Source: Entomortierella parvispora E1425 (Eukaryota > Fungi > Mortierellomycota). Taken from it: a stretch of 64,000 bases of DNA. The stretch lies in contig BQFW01000001.1 in NCBI GenBank assembly GCA_020891255.1, forward strand, positions 2,728,001 through 2,792,000. Direction: 5' to 3'. Below are positions 1-10,031 of this stretch, one piece after another. Each line of letters begins with the position of its first letter. Position 1 is the stretch's first letter. A program made the position numbers and the translations under genes. A model generated the notes under the pieces. The model did not search any database. It was not told where the DNA came from and was given only the letters and a program-made list of their open reading frames with translations.

Positions 1-458
1 ATGACGAGAAGCAGGGAAAGAAGGGAAAACATATGGGACAATACCAGAGTTCCAAACCGTACAGGACGACCTAGCTTTGGATGCTGCCACCCTCGCCGAG
101 TCAACGGCGCAAAGATGAATGTTATCCTCAAACGAGAACATGGTCAAAGTCGGTTCTAGTATCTGTCGAAATGGCGGGATGGTGTAGACTAGAACGTCAC
201 CTCCCAACGCAGGCACCGGCATCATGTCCCGAGCTGACTCCTGCCTCCTTTTTTTCTATTTCAGCAAAGGCTGTATATCGTCCGGATGACAAAGGCGACC
301 ATCGATGGTTGTCTGCCCCGGCGGACCTTTGGCTTGGTGGCAATAAGACCCACGTTTTGCCACCAAAAATAGGGATCAATAGAGCGGTCACAAAGTCCCA
401 TAATTTGAAGTTCCGTATCGTATTGTGAGGGTTCTCTCTTTCCTTTGATTTTAACAAA

Positions 459-1850
459 ATGGTACATGCCGTTTGAGGGGGCGCATCCATATCACAGCAG
501 GCATCCATCCGTCGGCTATGGACACCATCGGTCAATCTATCGGGACAGCAACACTGCATATCGACATACCACACACCCACCATCGCCATTTTGTTCACAG
601 GAGGAACTTTTTTTTTTCTTTCAGTGCATCAGGAATCCAACATGAAATCGAGATCATGTCTGTGAATGAAATCTGATCAGAGAGCTGTCTAACAGCACTC
701 CATGACTGAATGGAACAAGAGTTCTCTGCTGGAATCAGTCAGGATCAGGGGACGACTTGACTTCAACATCTCTTCGAGACTGAGAAGCGATCAGAGGACT
801 TGGTCTTACAAAACCATGTGGAATCCAACATCTCATCCAGCAATCTTGCATGGGAAGCAACCTACAACTCTCACCTCAATGCCCGGCCAATCGGCCTCAC
901 GCATCTCCCAATGAGAGGACAAGACAACATATGGCCCAGGAAAAAGACGATCCTAGAGATCTTCAGGAAACCCGATCAAAAAGATCCATCGACTTACATG
1001 AATCGCAATCCTTTAATTGCTTGAACCACCTCTCTAGACTAAGGGTACCTCTTCGTTTGGTAAACGCCACACCAAGTCTCACACCTTGTGCCGTCGGTAA
1101 GTTACTGGCAACCGTATCATGGAGTCTCTTCGTGCTTGCAGTTCAGAGGATCCAGAGGCTGACTATTTTCTTCTTTCTTTCTCGTGGCACCTAGTTGCGG
1201 ACGTCGTTCGTTCCACAACCAGAAGAAGACCTGCGCTCAGTGCGGCTACCCCGCTGCTAAGCTCCGCTCTTGTAAGATCCATACTCTTTTATACCATTCA
1301 CTTCAATCAGGATTCACTGGGACTCGACTGGAACAGCAGTATCCATACAACTGTTTGGCGATACCTTACTTGTTTGGAGGACACTGATCGTATCGCTGGA
1401 CAGGAGGTTGGCCCTTCTAGTATAATCAAGGAGAACAGACAGAACGCCCATCATACTGAATAACCTGAGTCATCAGTAGGCTTCAAAGTGAAGCACAAAG
1501 CCAACACACTTCTCTTTGACTTGGGTTGAAAAGGACGACAATCCAACACTCGTCATAACTGTCCATGAGCAGGGTGGATTCACACGCCAGGAATTGTCAC
1601 CATCTCAGTCCTCGACATCTTGGAAGCCGTCGCTCTCCATTTTATTTATTATTTGGAATCATCTCACTGACAACGTTTTCGATTCTTTCATCCTTTTCTT
1701 CTAACAGACAACTGGAGCGAGAAGGGCATCCGCAGAAAGACCACCGGTACCGGCCGCATGCGCCACTTGTCCGATGTCAACCGTCGCTTCAAGAACGGAT
1801 TCCGTGAGGGCACCCAGGCCAAGAAGCAGACCAAGGCCGTTGTTGCTTAA
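459..1850 (+). CDS. RPL37: 60S ribosomal protein eL37; exons 459-461 (ATG only, tentative), 1038-1096, 1195-1271, 1708-1850
   Basis: Spliced translation [67 protein letters not shown]..., with the C2-C2 zinc finger and GT-AG introns. The first exon is placed at the only ATG|GT found upstream (aacaaaATG|GTACAT). Confidence 0.95.
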
Positions 1851-2201
1851 ATTTCTGATCCCTAGAATTTTAATCATATAAAACGCCAACCTTGTGAACA
1901 GCGGAAAAGAACTCACCCCCCTATCTCGAAAGAAAAATTGACGTCGAGAGTTGAAAAAAAAATAAACGAAATGCTTTCGGGCATCTCGCCACCCATTTTT
2001 TTTTCAATTTTTACTCATACTCAACAAAAAGACCCCTCACTCATGGTAGTTTATTTGACAGGTGTTTTCCCAAGGTATTTTTGTACAGGATGGCAATCAC
2101 ATATATATATTTTTCTGGGGGAAAGGATAGAACGGACAGAGAGTAAAAGAGAGCGAGAGTGCGAGAGTTGAAAGGTGGAGAGGATCTATCCTTGTCTTGT
2201 T

Positions 2202-3362
2202 TTACTCGCGATGGAACGCGTCCAGGTTTTTGCGCCAGAGATCTTCGCGACCGCCGCCTAGACTGCCTCGACCAGGACTGCCGCCGCCGCGGGTGCCGAC
2301 GATATGGGCAGCGGTCATGGGAGGCGTAGGCGGGGCCTCATACGCAACATTGCCCACGTACGGATGGTGCAGTTGATGATGCAGAGGGTGATGATGGTGC
2401 AGACTGTTGGGATGGCTCGCATGGCTTTGAAGACTTTGGTTCCGGGTATGGTGACCTCCATTCCCCCCCGAGGATTTCAACAGGTTCTCATGCCAGCTCA
2501 GGGTCTCCAGATCTGGGGAGACGACGAGGTTGCTTATACCAGAGGTGGCGGATAGGCCGCGTTGACGTCTCCGGTTGGTGCGCATGCGGGCTTGACGGAT
2601 CTTGTAACAGCTCAACAGTACGGCGGTGGTGATGGCCAAGAGAATCGTCACGAGCAAGGCGACTAGCGCCGGGGTAAGACCCTGACCATTGGCGTCTTGC
2701 GCCGTGCGTGAGGTACTGCCGTTTGTGCCGTTCAGGGGTTTGGATCCATTGTCGCCCAAAGCGGGGTCATTGGTGGCACTGAAGGAGGTGGCAGAGGCGT
2801 CGTCCTGTCCTTGTTGGTTCGAGGCCTGGTCTGAAGAGGCGGCGCTTTGACCGGAGGGAGAGGCGGGCTGGGTCTTCTTTTTGGTGGGGGTGGATGCTGC
2901 TGAAGGGGAACCGGCGTCTGAGGAGGGTGTGCCTTTTGAGCCAGGGCCAGCATCATCACTATTGCCCGGGTCAGGTGGAGAACCCGCTGGAGACTTTGGT
3001 GGTGAGGATGACGGCGATGATGAGGAAGGGGGGGAGGATGTGGGCGGTGATTGTGTCTGATCCGGTGTGGGGTTTGAAGAAATGATAGGTGGTGGTGAAG
3101 AAGAAGGACCGTTGCCACTCCCGCCGCCGCTACTGCTCTGACCAGACGATGGAGGGGAAGAGGAAACAGGGGCAGATTGGGGTCCGCCAATCAGACTGCC
3201 CAATAGGTCGCGCTTGTCTAGGGAGAGGGATGGCGACCTGTCGTGTGTGGATAGTCTTTGTGCATTGGATGCAGAGGTAGGGTTGAAACTGAGGATGACG
3301 AGGCAGGTGCCTATGAGAAGGACCAGGCCCAACGTGCGTCTTGGATGTGTCGCGTATGACAT
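2202..3362 (-). CDS. Type I membrane protein: signal peptide, Ser/Pro-rich ectodomain, one TM helix, cytosolic tail (Mid2/Wsc/mucin-like architecture)
   Basis: Single-exon 386-aa ORF. Hydrophobic N-terminus (LGLVLLIGTCLVILSF), LDKR Kex2-like site, S/P/G-rich stalk, and TM LVALLVTILLAITTAVLLSCY followed by basic KIRQARMR. Confidence 0.75.
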   Translation of the reverse strand: MSYATHPRRTLGLVLLIGTCLVILSFNPTSASNAQRLSTHDRSPSLSLDKRDLLGSLIGGPQSAPVSSSPPSSGQSSSGGGSGNGPSSSPPPIISSNPTPDQTQSPPTSSPPSSSSPSSSPPKSPAGSPPDPGNSDDAGPGSKGTPSSDAGSPSAASTPTKKKTQPASPSGQSAASSDQASNQQGQDDASATSFSATNDPALGDNGSKPLNGTNGSTSRTAQDANGQGLTPALVALLVTILLAITTAVLLSCYKIRQARMRTNRRRQRGLSATSGISNLVVSPDLETLSWHENLLKSSGGNGGHHTRNQSLQSHASHPNSLHHHHPLHHQLHHPYVGNVAYEAPPTPPMTAAHIVGTRGGGSPGRGSLGGGREDLWRKNLDAFHRE

Positions 3363-3443
3363 AAAAGTAGGGTGAGGACGGTATGTAATTGGAAGGATAC
3401 TGAAATGACAGGTATGTTTTCTGTCGAGTCAATTGAGTGCTAA

Positions 3444-3445
<2 letters not shown>

Positions 3446-3487
<42 letters not shown>
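3446..3487. repeat. (GA)n microsatellite
   Basis: Uninterrupted GA dinucleotide run upstream of the 2202-3362 gene. Confidence 0.95.
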
Positions 3488-3490
<3 letters not shown>

Positions 3491-4409
3491 GAGAAGGCAA
3501 GAGTCAAGAGACCAGACAGTCATACAGACAGACAGACGTTTAGCCAAGCCAAACAGGCAAATACTGGGTCGGATGTATTTTTTGCCTTTGGACTTGTCCC
3601 TCCCTCTCCCTCTCTCTGTCTGTCTCTCTCTTCAATGGGAGCCGTTATAAAAAAAACATTCAAAGAATGCGACAAACCTGGACTCTTTTGTGATGACGGC
3701 AGGAGTGACCCGATAAAGTCGTTAAGGGACCGTATCGACTTCGTGTCCTCTTTTCCTCTTTTTTTTCGGGATGTGCAACCGACCATTGGTTCAAAATCGC
3801 CAATGTTCGGTGTCGCAGAGTGACACACCGAGAATAACCTTGCGAACAAAAAGAGAGAGAGAGAGAGGAAAAAAAAAAAAGAAAGGAGGTCCCAAAGGAG
3901 GCGCTGAACTTTTTGGCGACATGGGTCAAAGTCGGTGCATGTGTTCGAGGGAACGGAGCTGACGCGCGGTGTGAAGAAGAGGGAGAGAGAGAGAAAGAAT
4001 GAGAGAAAGACAGAGTAAAGAGAAGATAGACAGACAAACAGGTAATACCCGTATAATTAGCGTCAAGGAGGCAAGGAGTACCAAGAGAACTGGTGATCAT
4101 TCGCTAAGCGCGCAACCTTTGCAACGCGGTCTACCAGGATGGAGTCCAGGAGGGCAGAATAACTCGAAAGCAGCACGATACAAAAGAGACCAGGAACAAA
4201 AGTCAAGGGTCAAGGGTCAAGGGTTCTGAAGGTAGGGGGTAGATCCTGGACTCTTTCCCCTTCACTGTTGCGTTTCACAGTACTCTCCGTTCTTGAACCC
4301 CCCCCCTTGGACGCGTTATTTTTTCGCACGCGTCAACAAACTGTCATCATCATGAGATGGTTGCACAACAATTTCTTTTCCTTCTGTTTAAAAAAAGCAT
4401 CTATGGAAG

Positions 4410-5981
4410 CTACTTTGAGGGGGTACTTGTAGGCGCTACAGATACTTCGCCGCAGTAGACACCAGAAAGGCCATTGCCAGCGACGATCTTGACTTCTGTG
4501 AACTTTACACTTCCATCGGCGGCTTTACGGGGAAGGGATGGCGTGAGCTGCAGCCTATTCGTGGCATCCAGGTCCGAGGATGTTGGTGCTTCCGACTTTC
4601 CTCCCTTTGCGATCGCAGCCACAGCAGCAGCTGCAGGAATCAATTTGTCAGAGTCCAAAGGCAAGGCATGTACAGGCTCGGTTCTGTTGATCCTCTTGCC
4701 GGTCAGAAGCTGGTAATATGTGTTTTGACCCCACGCTAGGACATCACGTCCGTGGACAACCACGACCTCGCTCATCTTGTTGTCGCCCTCTGCAATCTTG
4801 TCCTCTGTCACGGCGTTGTCAAGGACTGCAAACGCGTGCGTTGATCCAATGGCAAATTCATGGATACCAATAGGGGTCAGCTTCTTCTCGGACTCTTTGT
4901 CTGTAGATATCGTGAAATGGACATTAGTATAAAAGTTCATGTATACAATACCAAAAGTCAAGATATGATGTGCATCATCATGGACTTACATTCTGCGAGG
5001 TTGGAGAGAGGAGCAATTGTGACCAACGATCCTTGGATATGTGTGTACTATGAAGAAAAAGATAGGTTGGTCATGTTAGAATCTTGGAGGTTAATTGGTG
5101 GACATACAATCTCTGCTCAGAATTGGTCACTTACGGAATCGTCTCCAAGCTGACCCCATTGTCCCATGCCTGCAGACTTGACCTTGTAGTTGTCCTTGTC
5201 CTTCAAGACAAAGTAACTTGTGTTTCCGCCAGCTGCAATCTTGACAACCTCAGCATCTGCCTTGATCAGTGTTGGCTGTGCCAACTTCAGGTTTGAGTGC
5301 GAGTATGCACCTTGAGCCAATTGACCGAATCCATTCAAACCCCATGCCCAGCAGCGTCCCTGATCATCCCTAGCCAAAGAGTGAACTTCACCACAAGCAA
5401 CTTCCACAATCTTGGCTTGTCTGAACTCTGGTGGGCCGACTGCCGAGACTGAGAGACCATCCTCAGAAGAAAAGACACGGCCATTTGAGGTCACGATCAA
5501 CATATGGTTCTTTCCTGCAGCCATGGAAGTGATTCTATAATGGAAACATAGTTAATGGCCTGCCTTGTGTGCAAATATATCTCCGTGCTCGCCTTATGCA
5601 GCATATTGGATCATCCATTGAGGTCCAGACTTACGTCTCGCCTGCATGCAGCACCTCCTGGAGTGGCAGCTGCGTCATAAGATCCTGTGCCTCACCAGCT
5701 TTGCCTCCAAGTCCCACATATCTCCATCGACTAGGCTTGGGCTGCTCAAACTCGATGGCCGCCTTGGAAGGACCGGACGAGGGTCGGACCTTTGGCAAGA
5801 CATAGATGTGGGTTCCATCCTTGGAGAGTGCATATATCCTGTTATCGCAGAGGGCTACTGTGCTGATATTCCTGTTCTTGAGAGTGATCTCGGGCGAATG
5901 GGGTCCACTTTTGAATCCGGATCCCCACTGGTAAATGTCTCCATTTTCATCCACGGCAGCTGATGCAAGCGTCAAAAAAAA

Positions 5982-6013
<32 letters not shown>

Positions 6014-6730
6014 GAGGGGTGAGAAAGCGAGATTCATCTCGGACCAGCGTATTTTCTGAAATATTGCCTCTTAATTCATACCAGCAACATCATCGCCCAG
6101 TCGGAGATCACGAAGCACTTTTCCTTGGAAGAAAGCCAACCGCTGTGGGATCGAAATCACGCCCGCGCTTTTTCCTGAGGGGTCAATCAGTCCATTCCTA
6201 TTTGGAGAGTTACAAAAGGAGTCGCTGTGTGTTAGTCTTGCATGCTTCATTCAGCCCAAGATACATGCCATCAAATATGGAGAAACATACTTGTTGGATC
6301 CCCAGAGCATGACACCAGGGACAGCAATGAGCGCATCCTGCTCCTGCTGCTTCCAGCTTGTAACAGTCAGATCGCTGTCGAGGACAATCTCTCTTTGATC
6401 AACAGCAGGCTTTTTCCTGAACAAGTTTGCAATCTGGGCCCCGATAGAGTCGCTTCCTGGGGGAGGTGAAGTCTTTGAGCTGTCGTTGTGGAGAGCATGG
6501 CGATGCTGCGACACGAGTCCCAAGGAGGGTGACTGGACGAGCAGGGTCACGCCCGAGAAAACGAGTCCGGCGCCCAGATACCACGCCACGGAGGGTCGTG
6601 CACTGCTGCTCTTGCTGTTGACGTTTGTGGCGGACGAAAAGAGACGAGGTCTCGCGGACAGAGTCAGTGATGCATTCCGTGCGCCGATCGAGGCCATGGC
6701 GGCCGAGCCTTTGTGTCCGAGTCGAAGCAT
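4410..6730 (-). CDS. FMP25: Mitochondrial RCC1/BLIP-II beta-propeller protein (Fmp25-like), multi-exon
   Basis: Presequence-like start MLRLGHKGSAAMASIGARN and TM VAWYLGAGLVFSGVTLL. RCC1 repeats (VMLWGSNKNG, DIYQWGSG, VACGEVHSLARDDQGRCWAWGLNGFGQL, IAAGGNTSYF, VLAWGQNTYYQL) join in frame across GT-AG introns. Confidence 0.8.
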
Positions 6731-6980
6731 GGTGATGGTCCGTCCTTGTGCGTGCTGGTCGGGATGAGCGCGGTTCTTCTGGTTCGTTTGTCCGGGCAGA
6801 GAAGACCCGTTTTGGGAAGGACAAGCGAGAGGCCAAAAAGAGGCAGTCACGCCTCGGGGCGGGTGGCTTGTGTCGTAAACAGATCTCGCCCATGCATTCC
6901 TCCTCATTGCCCTGTCCGTCTGCCTCGTCTGTCCTGGTCGTCTGTCTCCTCTGTCCATTCCACATCCACTCCACATCGCC

Positions 6981-7820
6981 ATGCTCAGGACCATCGCCAG
7001 CCAGCTGGCCCGCGCCCCCATGCGCTCCCATCCCGGTAATGCTCAACCCTACACCGGCCTCAGGGATGCTTCTGGCCTTAGATGCAGCTTGCTCTGGAAA
7101 CACCAAAACACAGGAACAGGACCGGAACGGAAACGACGAGCTAGCATGCTTGGCCAATGGTTGCAATGTTGACCTAGCCACTCATTCTCCATGTCCAACC
7201 TCTCTTTTGTGTTCCATTTAGTTGTCGCTGCTGCCGCCACTTCCCGTTTCTTCTCTTCCACATCCGCCGTCTCACAAGGTATGCATGGATGAACTGAGCC
7301 AACGGAACTGTTTTTTTGAACGGAAACCATGCTGGACTCGTCTTCAGGATAAGGACTCTACGACTCTAGTGACGGATTCCCCCTAACAACAGACTCTCTT
7401 GCCTCTTTGTCCCTAGCCACCCCATCCACACCAGTATCAACGTCATCATCAGAATCGTCACCCGTCAACCTTCTTCGTGATCAGCTTCGGTACTACGCCG
7501 TCGCAGAGATCAAGAACCGCCCCTATTTGATCACCAAGAACGACATTATTGTTCTGGACAGACTCAAGGATGTCAAGTTGGGCGATGTGATTGAATTGAA
7601 CCAGATCAAGGAGTTGGGCTCAAAGGACTACGCCATCCAGGGCAAACCCTACGTCTCCCAGGAGTACTTCTCGATCAAGGCTACCGTCATTGAACAGCCC
7701 AAGGGCAAGATTGTCGAGACTTTCAAGAAGAAGAGGAGAAAGCATTTCCAGAGAACTTACAGGATCAAGCCTCTTCATACCTTGTTGCGTGTCAGCGAGT
7801 TGGAGGTCAAGGCTATCTAA
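6981..7820 (+). CDS. MRPL49: Mitochondrial ribosomal protein bL21m; exons 6981-7035, 7222-7278, 7393-7820
   Basis: Presequence MLRTIASQLARAPMR. L21 core YYAVAEIKNRPYLITKNDIIVLDRLKDVKLGDVIELNQI...KKKRRKHFQR...HTLLRV. Intron phases are consistent. Confidence 0.9.
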
Positions 7821-8021
7821 AAACCCTCCCTGTCGGTTAACATCACAACCTTCAGCTTCTCAAAGAATGAAAGGAGATAGAGGAGAATGGAAAACCCAGT
7901 GGAATATATCATCATCATCAAATACATTTTATTAGAATCATGAAAAACAAAGAGGAGGCATGTCGTTCAGCTATGGATTAGCTTTCAATTCGATGACATT
8001 TTTTTTATTTTTTTTATTTTT

Positions 8022-9824
8022 TTATTTTTTTTCAAACCAGCAGTTATCCAAATTGAGGTCTCGAAGGAACCTAAACTTGCGATGTAACTGAGCGTACCAG
8101 AGTTCTTGTTTTCTTGTACGCATCTCCTTGGAGGATGGTTCTATCGTCAAGCGTTGGAGCAACGGACGCTCCGTTACACAATAGTTCTCCGATTGCCCCT
8201 TCAAAGGGGTGCGCCAGAGTCGAATTTACAAAGTCGTCGTCATCGAGTCCTCGACCCAGACCTTCAAACAACGCTAGGTCGCTGATAGGAGTCACAAGTG
8301 TCAGATCAATCAATTGAGGCATCTGTTGCAACAAGATTCGCACTGTGGACAGATCTTGCTCCCAATTTTTCCCTCGCGTACTATCCAGCGGCGAGTCTGA
8401 ACTGGATCGAAAACTGAGAACGGTGACAGTTCTTAACCACGGCAGGCGATGAGAAAAATTGCGCTGGGATATCAGCTCTGGTCCAGATGGGTCGAATAGA
8501 GGCCTGAGCACTTCAACAATATCCAGGTTTGGGTTGATGATACGGAGCAGATCCATCTTGGCAAAGACACGAGAGGAAAGAACTTTGCGAATAAACAGAG
8601 GGTCTTTCTCGTAGATATCAAGTGTAGCGAATGAAAGAGTACGATCTTCAAGGGTCTTGAGAAGGGCCTCGCTTTCCTGCAGGTTCTCTCCTCGAATATG
8701 GGCCCAAGGGAAGTGGAGCCGTGGTTGTCTCTGGGCCCAGGTTCGAACCAGCTGGCTCCAAGCCCACATTTCTGCATTTCCGAAGGGGATATTCAGGATT
8801 TTGAGGCGAGGAAACGGAATCGCAGGAGGATCCTCTTGCTCTGTAGGAGAAAAGAGTATTTGGAAAGAGAGCCATAATGGCAAATTTTAGTTGCAGGCTC
8901 GGGCTACAATTGAGAGACAGGGACTTGACACTCGTTGCCTCCCATACGCGATTCAAATCTTGGGTCATTATTCATTCCACCACTGACGCTGGACTGAGCG
9001 CTTTCATATCCATAGTTGGTTTCGTCGTCAATGTCGAGAATCTCGTAATTCTTAAACGTGAGACTCTCGAGAACTGTTAAACTGCAGATGCACTCTCGAA
9101 AGATCTTCCACCCTACGGAGTACGCTCCTCGCTGGGAAAACTTCAAAATTGTCAGGAAGCGTAACGTCTTGGCTGCCGAACTTTGACCTAGCCGAAACAT
9201 GAATCGATTGATGCTGAGCGGGGACTCTTCCCCAGCATCCACTTTTAGGGTCTCTAGACGATCCAGCAATGAACCCTCCAGTGACAAGAGGTCATAGAGA
9301 TTCCATAGAGCTCCGTCATCAGGATAAGGCCCTATTTCGATGTCTGGACAAGGTGGCGCCCACCTGGAATCAACAAAATCATCATGGGCCTGACAAGGCA
9401 AGAGATTACTGGGCCAAACCTTGCGTGCGGGATAGAAGGGCTTGAGTTCGAATCTGGTGTTTCTCCAGTAGTTGTCCTCAATCTCAATGTGTCGCAAGTT
9501 GTGGCAGAGATTCAAAAGAGGCGTCAGTGTAGTGGAGGTTGGCCTAGGAGCTAGACGGAGACTGCGGATGAGATCGAGTCGAGGGAGAGTCGCCTTATCA
9601 GAAGAGTCCCCTAGAGTCGCATCCAGTAAGCGCTTGTAGTCTGGATATGGGCTCAGCTCAGAAAATACCAGCGCGGCAGAGAAATAGGGCATGCAGAGGT
9701 GGGAAAAGGCCTTGTTAAAGAGTCGTAGGGTGCACAGACTTTTGCAGTCCAGGAACTGGGCGATGGCGCTGAAGAGCTCCGGGAGGTAAAGTGCGTAGTC
9801 CCATGACACTTTGGGGTCAACCAT
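8022..9824 (-). pseudogene. F-box/LRR-like gene (subfamily B), probable pseudogene split across four successive reading-frame segments
   Basis: Starts MVDPKVSWDYALYLPELFSAIAQFLD (F-box-like). Homology to intact 50102-52045 passes through ORFs 8904-9995, 8648-8968 (VWEATSVKSLSLNCSPSLQLKFAIMALFPN), 8071-8883 and 8022-8204 (TERPLLQRL...KFRFLRDLNL), giving three frameshifts. Confidence 0.7.
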
Positions 9825-10031
9825 CAATGGAGAAGGTAGTGGATGGATGCCAAATAAGAGAGGAAAGAGGGAAAAAAATGGAATGCGGCCCCTCCATGAC
9901 CATGAGAAAATGAAAGTGCTCACAACATAGCAATTACATTGCCACGTTGTCCTCTTTCTGTCCGTCCACGACATCACAGGACGACATGACCTCAACCTTG
10001 TAATATCATGTTTTTATTCTCGACCTTTTAT

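Noticed and set aside
1-430. ORFs 81-428 (+), 197-598 (-) and an open minus frame running off the window start
   Set aside because: No recognisable motif. The region may be RPL37 promoter plus the edge of a neighbouring gene.
4203-4224. Short tandem repeats (TCAAGGG)x3 here and (GACAGGGATA)x3 at about 30840-30876
   Set aside because: These are ordinary microsatellite-scale repeats in a repeat-rich intergenic background, with no further structure.
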